Shown in pieces: positions 47,702 through 55,628 of a stretch of DNA of 64,000 bases. Origin of the DNA: Actinomycetota bacterium (lineage in GTDB: Bacteria; Actinomycetota; Acidimicrobiia; Acidimicrobiales; Ilumatobacteraceae); NCBI GenBank assembly GCA_041181005.1, contig JBEGQL010000032.1, positions 13,082 to 77,081 on the forward strand, read 5' to 3'. The stretch's first letter is position 1; the number at the start of each line of letters is the position of its first letter. The notes beneath the pieces are model-generated. The model was given only the letters and a program-made list of their open reading frames with translations. It did no database searches and was not told the origin of the DNA. The translations under genes and the position numbers were made by a program.

Positions 47702-48217
47702 TCAGATGTCGAAATCCTCGGGGTTGATGTTCTCGATGAAGTCCCGGAACTCATCGAGAATCTCGGTCGAATCCTCCTGGGCGGGGCTGACCTCACGGCC
47801 CACCTCCGCCACGAGGTCCTCCCGGGCGTAGATCGGGGCATTCGACCTGAGGGCGAGGGCCAGCCCGTCGGAGGGGCGGCAGGACACCACCGTGTCCTCT
47901 CCGGGGTTCCCGCCCGCAGCCCCGTCCGGGAGGGTTCGGTGCAGGACGAGCTCGGCGAAGTACGTGCCCTCCTTGACATGGGTGAGAACAACGTGCCGCA
48001 CCGCGACGTTCAGTCGCTCCAGTGCGATGACGAACAGATCGTGCGTGAGCGGTCGCGGTGTGGCTTCACCGTCGAGGAGCAGTCGCAGGACAACGCCCTC
48101 CTGCATGCCGACGAAGATCTCGAACTGGCGGCGGGGCATGTCTGTCTCCCGCAGGGTGACCACGAAACTGTTCGTGGAGCGGTCCCGCTCGACCTTGCGC
48201 ACGGACAGCGAACGCAT
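47702..48217 (-). CDS. bifunctional nuclease (BFN/DUF151) family protein
   Basis: FEIFVGMQEGVVLRLLLDGEATPRPLTHDL... typical BFN domain; syntenic with Mtb Rv1829. Confidence 0.85.
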   Translation of the reverse strand: MRSLSVRKVERDRSTNSFVVTLRETDMPRRQFEIFVGMQEGVVLRLLLDGEATPRPLTHDLFVIALERLNVAVRHVVLTHVKEGTYFAELVLHRTLPDGAAGGNPGEDTVVSCRPSDGLALALRSNAPIYAREDLVAEVGREVSPAQEDSTEILDEFRDFIENINPEDFDI

Positions 48218-48219
48218 GC

Positions 48220-49023
48220 TCAGCGAGGCTCGACGAGGCGCGCCGTTTCACGCGCCAGGATGGCCGCGCGCATCACACCACCGAGCAAAACAAGCTCGTC
48301 CAGCATCTCGACCGCCTGGGAACGGGAGGCGGGGTTCCTCTGCATCAGGAGCGGGAGGATGCGCTGCTCGAAGAGGCTCAACTCGCGGTCGGTGGAGGAC
48401 TTCCACGCACGGAGGTGGCGAACGTCGATTCCGAGTTCCTGGAAGCGCGCCGCCGCCCGTGCGACCTCGATGGAGTGTGGTTCGAAGAATGTCGTGTCAC
48501 CGACGTCGTGACCCGACACCAGGCCCGCCTGCTCCAGTTCGCGGAGGAACTCGGGCGAGATCGCCACTCTCTTGAGAAGTGCGTCACGCGGCAGGGACTC
48601 GGTCTCGTCGGCATGGCGACGGGCGATGCGACGTTGTTCACGCGCGGCAACCGCGTCGGTGTTGTCAACCTTTGGTCTCTCCGGGCTCCGGGGCACCGCT
48701 GCACGCGCGGCGGGGTGTGCATCACTGCGGATGACCCCGTCGGAGACGAGCCGGAGCTCCCTGCTGATGTCGCTCGATTCGTCGTCCAGCTGGTCCTTGA
48801 TCACGCGCAGGGGAAGGTAGTTCGCCTTCTGTTCCCTCAGGATGACCCGGAGCCTGTCCACTTCGGTGTCGGTGAACTTCCTGTACCCCGATGGCGTGCG
48901 CTCCGGTGCGATGAGCCCCTGGCTCTCGAGAAAGCGAATCTTCGAGATGGTGACATCGGGAAACTCCTCGAGCAACTGCGCGAGCACCTCACCGATGGAC
49001 AGGTAGTCGCGTTCGGTGGTCAC
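48220..49023 (-). CDS. MerR family transcriptional regulator (FtsR/Rv1828-like)
   Basis: LSIGEVLAQLLEEFPDVTISKIRFLESQGLIAPERTPSGYRKF; second MerR-like region near the C-terminus; GTGA overlap with FHA gene stop. Confidence 0.85.
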   Translation of the reverse strand: MTTERDYLSIGEVLAQLLEEFPDVTISKIRFLESQGLIAPERTPSGYRKFTDTEVDRLRVILREQKANYLPLRVIKDQLDDESSDISRELRLVSDGVIRSDAHPAARAAVPRSPERPKVDNTDAVAAREQRRIARRHADETESLPRDALLKRVAISPEFLRELEQAGLVSGHDVGDTTFFEPHSIEVARAAARFQELGIDVRHLRAWKSSTDRELSLFEQRILPLLMQRNPASRSQAVEMLDELVLLGGVMRAAILARETARLVEPR

Positions 49024-49508
49024 GCCGACCCCGCCCGCTGCAGGAACACGAGGTGGAACCTGCCGACCTGCAGCTCGTCGCCCTGCGAGAGCACCCGTGA
49101 ATCCACACGCTCCTGGTTCACGTACGTGCCGTTGAGCGAACCGACATCGCTCACGACGTACCGACCGTCGACCAATCGCACCTCACTGTGCCGACGGCTC
49201 ACGGTGATGTCATCGAGGACGATGTCCGACTCCGGATGGCGACCGATCGTGGTGACCTGGGTGCGGAGCGAGAACCAGTCCCCCTCTCCGTCACCCCCGC
49301 GCTCCACGAGAATTGCCTCGCCTGCCGGGATGTCGGCGAGATTGACGTGCACGTCATCGAGCTTGCCCGGTGCATCCATCAGCGGATCGACCTTGGTCAG
49401 TGTGATGGTGCGGTCATCCACGAGGTCGAGAACCGAGCCGCAGGCACTGCAGAAGCTGCTCGATGGCGGGTTCCGGTGCCCGCAGCGGTTGCAGAACACG
49501 TACGACAT
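49020..49508 (-). CDS. FHA-domain protein with N-terminal zinc ribbon (occupies the GarA/OdhI position)
   Basis: C6-x2-C9-x10-C20-x2-C23, then FHA core TTIGRHPESDIVLDDITVSRRHSEV...SLNGTYVN; TGATG overlap with gcvH. Confidence 0.85.
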   Translation of the reverse strand: MSYVFCNRCGHRNPPSSSFCSACGSVLDLVDDRTITLTKVDPLMDAPGKLDDVHVNLADIPAGEAILVERGGDGEGDWFSLRTQVTTIGRHPESDIVLDDITVSRRHSEVRLVDGRYVVSDVGSLNGTYVNQERVDSRVLSQGDELQVGRFHLVFLQRAGSA

Positions 49509-49882
49509 CACCCGATCAGTTGCGAATACTCGTCGGGGCCGAGCAGGCCCTCCGGGTGGGCGGTGTCCATCGTTATCTCGCAGATCCAGCCGTCCCCGTA
49601 GGGGTCGTTGTTCAGCAGTTCGGGAGAACCCACGAGCATCTCGTTCGCTGCCGACACCGTCCCCGTGACGGGGGCGTAGACATCGTTCACCGATTTGGTG
49701 CTCTCGATCTCGCTGAACGGGTCGTGGGCAGAAACAGTTGAGCCCACCTCCGGGAGCTGGATGTACACGATGTCCCCGAGTGCATCCTGTGCGTAGTGCG
49801 TGATCCCGATACGTGCAACGTTCCCGTTGATGCGCACCCACTCATGATCGGAGGTGTAGAGGAGACCGGAGGGAACGCTCAC
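49508..49882 (-). CDS. gcvH: glycine cleavage system H protein
   Basis: YTSDHEWV, lipoyl-lysine context EIESTKSVNDVYAPV. Confidence 0.92.
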   Translation of the reverse strand: MSVPSGLLYTSDHEWVRINGNVARIGITHYAQDALGDIVYIQLPEVGSTVSAHDPFSEIESTKSVNDVYAPVTGTVSAANEMLVGSPELLNNDPYGDGWICEITMDTAHPEGLLGPDEYSQLIG

Positions 49883-49888
49883 AGCACT

Positions 49889-50515
49889 TCACGGTAGTCG
49901 TTTGGCGGCCCGCCCCGATGACAGGTGCGAACGCACGAGAGGCACGTACTGGAAGAAGGTCCAGTACGACAGGAGCAGCCCGGGCACCGCCGCGGTCCAC
50001 CCCATCCATCCCGCAACCCGCCATCCGCCGCCGCCTGACCCGAGAATGAGCCAACTAACGGCACACATCATCAGGAACGTGGCCCTCTTCCCCGGGGTCG
50101 TGACAGGGAACCTCTCCATGCCGAGCAACGTGGCACCCGTCATGAGCAGGGCAATGGAACCCTCCCGCACGAGCACCAGCGCGCCGAACCACCACGGGAA
50201 GGCGTGGTACACCATCGCCGCGACCACGCCGACCCCGAAGATCGCACGGTCCGCTATGGGGTCGAGAATCTTCCCCAGTTCGCTCGTCTGGTTGAAGCGG
50301 CGCGCAATCCAACCGTCGAAGAAATCGGTCCACATCAGTGCCCCGAGGAACCACGCGCCGGCCACGTAACGGCCGTCAGAAAGCCACACGACGTACACGG
50401 GCAGAAGGCCGAGGCGCGAGACCGTCAGGAAGTTGGGAACAGTCCAGACACGTGAGAACAAACCCTCCGACGGCACGGATGCACAGTAACCCGCGTGCCC
50501 GACGGACCGGGACAC
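49889..50515 (-). CDS. pgsA: CDP-alcohol phosphatidyltransferase
   Basis: DFFDGWIARRFNQTSELGKILDPIADR = D-x2-DG-x2-AR...G-x3-D-x3-D; multiple TM segments. Confidence 0.85.
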   Translation of the reverse strand: MSRSVGHAGYCASVPSEGLFSRVWTVPNFLTVSRLGLLPVYVVWLSDGRYVAGAWFLGALMWTDFFDGWIARRFNQTSELGKILDPIADRAIFGVGVVAAMVYHAFPWWFGALVLVREGSIALLMTGATLLGMERFPVTTPGKRATFLMMCAVSWLILGSGGGGWRVAGWMGWTAAVPGLLLSYWTFFQYVPLVRSHLSSGRAAKRLP

Positions 50516-50540
50516 TGTGACGGTGCCCTAAGGTCGGTCC

Positions 50541-51353
50541 ATGGCTCTGGTACTCGAGGGACAGGTCGCGTTCATCACGGGTGGCGGCTCCGGCCTCGGG
50601 GCATCATCCGCGGAACGCCTTGCCCGCGACGGCGCGATCGTCGTGATCAACGACCTTGATGCGGAAGCGGCCGCTTCGGTGGCCGGCCGGTTCGGCGGCG
50701 CCAGCTTTGCCTTCGACGTGACCGACCCGGCCGCGATGGACGCCGCAATCGACCGCACCGTGGACCAGTTCGGTCGTCTCGACATCATGGTGAACAATGC
50801 CGGCATCGCACCTCGCAACGTCTCCTCCAAGACGGACCGCTCCGTCGCCAATGCAATCGCACGCGTGGAGAACCGTCTGCAGGACTGGGAGCCGATGAAC
50901 AACCTCGTCGACATGACCGACGAGGACTGGGACCGCATGATCCGGGTGCATCTCTACGGCGCGTTCCACGGCACGCGTGCCGCGCTGCGCCACATGACCC
51001 CTCGTCGCCGAGGTTCGATCGTGAACATCTCCTCCATCCTCGGTCTCATGCCGTCGGCGGGTGCGCCCCATTACTCCGTGGCGAAGGCCGGCATCATCGC
51101 GCTCACCAAGTCGGTTGCGGACGAGGTGGCGCCGCTCGGCATCAGGGTGAACGCCGTGTGCCCCGGGTACATCGACACCCCCCTGCTGACCCCGTTCTCC
51201 GAGCAGATGAAGGCGGGCATCGTGATGCGCATCGGGATGGGCAGGATGGGCGAGGCAACCGACATCGCCGAGATGGTGCGGTTTCTTGCCGGGCCCGAGT
51301 CCGGCTACTGCACGGGCGACGTGTACAAGGTGTCCGGCGGGTACATGGGATGA
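50541..51353 (+). CDS. SDR family oxidoreductase (FabG-like)
   Basis: ITGGGSGLG, NNAG, Y-x3-K (YSVAKAG) motifs. Confidence 0.85.
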   Translation: MALVLEGQVAFITGGGSGLGASSAERLARDGAIVVINDLDAEAAASVAGRFGGASFAFDVTDPAAMDAAIDRTVDQFGRLDIMVNNAGIAPRNVSSKTDRSVANAIARVENRLQDWEPMNNLVDMTDEDWDRMIRVHLYGAFHGTRAALRHMTPRRRGSIVNISSILGLMPSAGAPHYSVAKAGIIALTKSVADEVAPLGIRVNAVCPGYIDTPLLTPFSEQMKAGIVMRIGMGRMGEATDIAEMVRFLAGPESGYCTGDVYKVSGGYMG

Positions 51354-51748
51354 CCACGATCTTCACCCGCATCATCAACCGCGAGATCCCGGGCACGTTC
51401 GTGCTCGAGGATGATCACTGCGTCGTGTTCCTCAGCATCAACCCGCTGGCCGACGGGCATGTTCTCGTCGTGCCGCGCGAGGAGGTTGACCACTGGGTGG
51501 ACCTCTCCCCCGCACTCGCCGCACACCTGTTCGAGGTATCGCACCGTGTCGCTGACGCACTGCGGCGTGCGTTCCCGTGTGCACGGGTCGGCCTCATCAT
51601 CGCGGGGTACGAGGTGAACCACTGCCACATCCATCTGGTCCCCACGGGCGACATGGCACAGTTGAACTTCGCAAACGCGGCTGCTTCGGTCGACCGGGGC
51701 ACCCTCGAGGCGAACGCGGCGCGCATCATCGCTGCGCTCGGCAACTAG
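51350..51748 (+). CDS. HIT family hydrolase
   Basis: Histidine triad HCHIHLV; ATGA overlap with SDR stop. Confidence 0.88.
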   Translation: MTTIFTRIINREIPGTFVLEDDHCVVFLSINPLADGHVLVVPREEVDHWVDLSPALAAHLFEVSHRVADALRRAFPCARVGLIIAGYEVNHCHIHLVPTGDMAQLNFANAAASVDRGTLEANAARIIAALGN

Positions 51749-52440
51749 AACAGCGATTCCGGCTCCACGGGCTCCAGCAGGTCGGCCGAGTTGTTGCGGA
51801 CCGAGTTGACCCTCCGCGACACCTCGTACGGGCCGAGGGCAGGCGGGTCCTCGAGGGCCAGCAACCCGAGCGGGGGCGTCTCGTCGCACAACCATGACAG
51901 GGCGTCGTCGATCGTGAGCTGCACGGGGCTCCGGTCGTGGATTGCGGCAAGGTCAGCACGGCTGTCGCGGGTGATGATGCAGAAGGACGCCCTTCCGTCG
52001 AGTGCGGGACTGTGGGTCCACAGTCCCGCTGTCCACATGGTCCGCCCGTCTGCTCTCGGCACGAAGAACGGCCTCTTCACCTTCGGGTCGCTGCGGTCCC
52101 ACTCGTAGAAACCGGTCATGGGGACGATGGCCCGGTGCCGGGGGACGAGATTCCGGAACGACGGTTTCTCCGTGATTGTCTCCGACCGGGCGTTGATCAT
52201 GCGGGCCGCTCCCGAGGGGTCCTTGGCCCACGCGGGTACCAGGCCCCACAGTGCGGTGCGGGCCGTGACCGTGGCGGATTCGGAGATCAGCACAAGGCAT
52301 CCCTGTGTCGGGGCGGTGTTGAAGTTGGCCGTGTGTTCCGGCGCATCCAGGTCCACTGTGACCTGCAGTCCTGGTTCCACCGCGAGCATCTCTGCGATGA
52401 GATCCGAGGTGTCGAACCTGCCGACGAATCGTCCGCACAT
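51745..52440 (-). CDS. SOS response-associated peptidase (SRAP, YedK/HMCES family)
   Basis: Obligatory N-terminus MCGRF (catalytic Cys2), NARSET, FYEW motifs; ATG 52440. Confidence 0.88.
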   Translation of the reverse strand: MCGRFVGRFDTSDLIAEMLAVEPGLQVTVDLDAPEHTANFNTAPTQGCLVLISESATVTARTALWGLVPAWAKDPSGAARMINARSETITEKPSFRNLVPRHRAIVPMTGFYEWDRSDPKVKRPFFVPRADGRTMWTAGLWTHSPALDGRASFCIITRDSRADLAAIHDRSPVQLTIDDALSWLCDETPPLGLLALEDPPALGPYEVSRRVNSVRNNSADLLEPVEPESLF

Positions 52441-52517
52441 GGTCGGGCTGGCGGGATTTGAACCCACGACCTCTTGTCCCCCAGACAAGCGCGCTAACCA
52501 AGCTGCGCCACAGCCCG
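52441..52517 (-). tRNA. tRNA-Pro (anticodon GGG)
   Basis: Hand-folded cloverleaf: acceptor CGGGCTG/CAGCCCG, D stem GCGC/GCGC, anticodon stem CTTGT/ACAAG with loop CTGGGGG, T arm GTGGG-TTCAAAT-CCCGC, discriminator A; encoded CCA whose last A is nt 52440. Confidence 0.93.
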
Positions 52518-52558
52518 AATACCCAGAGACTACCGCCCCACCCGGAACGATGCTCGGG

Positions 52559-52804
52559 TCACGCGAACAGCTGGACGATTCTCCACCCGAGGTAGGCACA
52601 CAGCAGGACAAGCAGCAACGTGAAGTGCCACGGCACCTTCTCGCCGTCCTCTCCCGCCAGTTCGCGAAGGTCGATGTCCTTGCCCGTCACGGGACGGCCA
52701 TGGATTGTGTTGTGCTCGGGTTCACGGCCGCATTGCGGGCAGGTGCCGTCGGGCGACACTGACGAGGGCGTGAGGTACCGACTGCAGTGCTCGCACCAGG
52801 GCAT
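52559..52804 (-). CDS. small zinc-ribbon / single-TM protein downstream of der
   Basis: C4-x2-C7...C22-x2-C25 then C-terminal TM WHFTLLLVLLCAYLGWRIV; ATG 52804 is 1 nt from der stop. Confidence 0.55.
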   Translation of the reverse strand: MPWCEHCSRYLTPSSVSPDGTCPQCGREPEHNTIHGRPVTGKDIDLRELAGEDGEKVPWHFTLLLVLLCAYLGWRIVQLFA

Positions 52805-52805
52805 G

Positions 52806-54146
52806 TCAGTCGCCCTTCCTTCGCACCCGCATCACGAGCGGGGTCGAACCGAAACCGAAGCCCTCGCGGATGCAGCGCTCCAGGTAGCGAACATACGGTC
52901 TCGGAATCTCACGGTTCACGAACAGGGTGAACGTCGGCGGGTCGGTTGCACCCTGCACCGCATAGAGCACTCTCGCTCCTCCGCCCGCGGGCTGTCTCTG
53001 CTGGGCGGCCTCGATGATGCGGTTCACGTCCTTGGTCGGCACTCTCCGGCTGTACTGCTCGATTGCCTCGCGCAGCACCGGCCGCAGCTTGTGGACGCCC
53101 TTGCCGGTGAGGGCCGAGATCTTGAGGACGGGCGCATCCGACAGGAAGTGGAGCAGTCGCACGAGGTCGGCCTCGACGGCGCGCCGCTCCTCCGAGCCGA
53201 GAAGTTCCCACTTGTTGAGGACCACGAGAATCGGGCAGCCTGCCGCATCGATTCTCTCCGCGAGGCGCTGGTCCTGTGCCGTGACGGACACGGTGGCGTC
53301 GATCACGAGCATCGCCACGTCCGCATCGTCAATCGCCTTGAGTGCCCTCACCAGGGAGAAGTACTCGGCAGAGTCGTCGATGCGGCTGCGCCGTCTCATC
53401 CCCGCTGTGTCGATGAACACCACCGCGCCGTCCTCCGTCTCGACGAGCGTGTCGATTGCGTCGCGGGTCGTTCCGGGCATGTCGTGGACCACCGAGCGGT
53501 CCTCACCCACCAATCTGTTGAAGAGTGTGCTCTTTCCGACGTTCGGTCTGCCGACGATGGCCACGCGGGGTGCATCAGGCACCTCTGCGGTGCGTTCCTC
53601 GCGGGATGTCCCCTCCATCGACCGTCCCGGCAGATGCTCCAGCACAACGTCGAGGAAGTCCCCGCTCCTGCGGCCGTGCAGCGCGCTCACCGGGTGCGGG
53701 TCACCGAGTCCAAGAGACAGGAAGGACCACATGTCCATCTCCTTGCGCTCGCTGTCGGCCTTGTTCGCGGCCACCAGAACGGGAACACCGGCGCGGCGGA
53801 GCCACGCAGCCACGGCCTCGTCGTCATCGGTCACGCCCACCGTCGCGTCAACCATGAAGATCACGAGGTCGGCAGAGCGCACCGCCTCCTCCACCTGCCT
53901 GCTCACCTTGTCGTCGAGCGCATCGCCCGAGGGAAGCCACCCGCCCGTGTCAACCAGCTCGAACTCCCTCCCCAGCCATGAGGCGACACGTGTGTTGCGG
54001 TCACGCGTGACGCCCGGACGGTCCTCGACAATGGCGGCCCGCTCGCCCACCACCCTGTTGAACCACGTGCTCTTGCCGACGTTCGGTCTGCCGACGATGA
54101 CAACGACAGGTATCCCGGCACCTGCGACCTGTTCCAGTTCAGTCAC
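52806..54146 (-). CDS. der: ribosome-associated GTPase Der (EngA)
   Basis: Two tandem G domains (GRPNVGKST twice, DTGG/DTAG, NKAD/NKWE) plus KH-like C-terminus; GTG 54146. Confidence 0.93.
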   Translation of the reverse strand: MTELEQVAGAGIPVVVIVGRPNVGKSTWFNRVVGERAAIVEDRPGVTRDRNTRVASWLGREFELVDTGGWLPSGDALDDKVSRQVEEAVRSADLVIFMVDATVGVTDDDEAVAAWLRRAGVPVLVAANKADSERKEMDMWSFLSLGLGDPHPVSALHGRRSGDFLDVVLEHLPGRSMEGTSREERTAEVPDAPRVAIVGRPNVGKSTLFNRLVGEDRSVVHDMPGTTRDAIDTLVETEDGAVVFIDTAGMRRRSRIDDSAEYFSLVRALKAIDDADVAMLVIDATVSVTAQDQRLAERIDAAGCPILVVLNKWELLGSEERRAVEADLVRLLHFLSDAPVLKISALTGKGVHKLRPVLREAIEQYSRRVPTKDVNRIIEAAQQRQPAGGGARVLYAVQGATDPPTFTLFVNREIPRPYVRYLERCIREGFGFGSTPLVMRVRRKGD

Positions 54147-55584
54147 CGCACACACGCTCCCTCTGGCGACGGAACAGCTCGAGTCTCTCGCGCAGCAGTG
54201 CCCCGGAGGCCGGAACAACCTCCACGTCGAACCGGGAGGTGAGCTCGTCGATGGTGTGTCCGTCGAGGAACGTCCCGGCATTCAGGCACACGTCAGGCAA
54301 CAAGAAGAGGGCGTCGCGCGGCTCCTTCGCGCACGCCTCCGACACGTCCTCAAACGTGAGCAGCCCGGCCACCGCCGTGTTGCCCCCGAAGTACCCGTTC
54401 CGCACGGCCACCACTTCCACGTGGGGATGGTCGCTCACGAGACGCCTGATCACGGGAGCAGCCAGTTCGCCGCTCAGGATGCGCACGCTGAGCGGTGCGC
54501 CCTGACCACGCGACCGGCGCATCGTCACGGGGACACTCCCGGGCACCCGCCTCAGACCCGTCTCGACGGCGGGGTTCGCGCTTCTGACGTAGGGGGACGC
54601 GTCGACCGCGGAGAAGAACCCGCCATTGTGGTGCGACCTGTCGTCCCTGCGGCCGACATATGCCTCCACGAAGGATCTCACCAGACCGATCCCGTCCTCG
54701 AGCATCCCGAAATCCCCGTACTCGGCAGCCACCGGAACCTCGAGACCGGCGCGCAGGTACAGCTCATCGGCGGCATGCACAACACGACGCCCCAGCACCT
54801 GCAGGAACCGACCGGCCCACTTCTCGATGCACATGACCGCCTCGAGGGCCTCGGCTGAGGTGTGCACGCGCATGCGGACCTCCGTGTTGTGGCGCGACAG
54901 ACCCAGAGGGACAACTGCGACGTTCGAGACAGCCGGAAAGCGTTCGAGAATCCCTGCGAGGGTGTCCTCGAGGACCACACCGTCGTTGACACCCGGGCAC
55001 AGCACGATCTGGACGTTGACCTCGATTCCGCGCGCCAGCATCTCCCCCAACCACCGGAGGCTGACCCCCCCGCGCTCGTTGCGGAGCATCCCCGACCGCA
55101 CGGCGGGGTCCGTGGCATGCACGCTCACGAAGAGGGGCGACAGCCGCTCGTCCACCACCCGCTCCAGGTCAGCCTCAGTGAACCTCGTGAGTGTGGTGAA
55201 GTTCCCGAACAGGAAACTGAGCCTGTAGTCGTCATCCTTCGTGTACAGGCTGCGCCTCATGCCTTTCGGCAGCTGGTAAATGAAGCAGAACTCGCAGTGG
55301 TTGTCGCATGTCTGGACCCTGTCGAAGACCGCACTCGACACCGTGACCCCGAAGGGCTCGTCAGGCTGACGGGTCACGATGATGTCGAGGTCGAGCCCGC
55401 CGCGGCCCACGGTGAGCTCGACCCGGGGCTCATCAACCAGTCGGTGCCACTCGATGACGTCCCTCGGCACGAGACCCTGGACGGAGCGGATGACATCACC
55501 CGGAACCAGACCGGCGGATGCGGCGGCCGATCCCTCGTCCACAGACATGACGACTGGCGAGAGGTCGGTGTCAGTGCTCACCAT
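54139..55584 (-). CDS. PDZ + radical SAM + DUF512 protein
   Basis: N-terminal PDZ-like SAGLVPGDVIRSVQG, radical SAM CDNHCEFC (C-x3-C-x2-C), long C-terminal DUF512-like region. Confidence 0.8.
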   Translation of the reverse strand: MVSTDTDLSPVVMSVDEGSAAASAGLVPGDVIRSVQGLVPRDVIEWHRLVDEPRVELTVGRGGLDLDIIVTRQPDEPFGVTVSSAVFDRVQTCDNHCEFCFIYQLPKGMRRSLYTKDDDYRLSFLFGNFTTLTRFTEADLERVVDERLSPLFVSVHATDPAVRSGMLRNERGGVSLRWLGEMLARGIEVNVQIVLCPGVNDGVVLEDTLAGILERFPAVSNVAVVPLGLSRHNTEVRMRVHTSAEALEAVMCIEKWAGRFLQVLGRRVVHAADELYLRAGLEVPVAAEYGDFGMLEDGIGLVRSFVEAYVGRRDDRSHHNGGFFSAVDASPYVRSANPAVETGLRRVPGSVPVTMRRSRGQGAPLSVRILSGELAAPVIRRLVSDHPHVEVVAVRNGYFGGNTAVAGLLTFEDVSEACAKEPRDALFLLPDVCLNAGTFLDGHTIDELTSRFDVEVVPASGALLRERLELFRRQRERVCGD

Positions 55585-55628
55585 GGTCAGGCTACCTGTG
55601 TCGCTTCGTCAGTAACCTGAGGCCACGT

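Noticed and set aside
52441-52517. tRNA-Pro as the boundary of an integrated element or genomic island
   Set aside because: There is no integrase, recombinase or phage gene on either side. I could not find a direct repeat of the tRNA 3' end nearby by eye. The flanking genes (der, SRAP, HIT, SDR) are housekeeping-like and compositionally uniform.
53014-54858. 614-aa plus-strand ORF opposite der and the DUF512 gene (also 2105-3586, 14692-16278, 19436-20728, 43296-44741 opposite typA, dacB, dop, gcvP)
   Set aside because: All are antisense to genes with unambiguous catalytic motifs, and none has a recognisable motif of its own.
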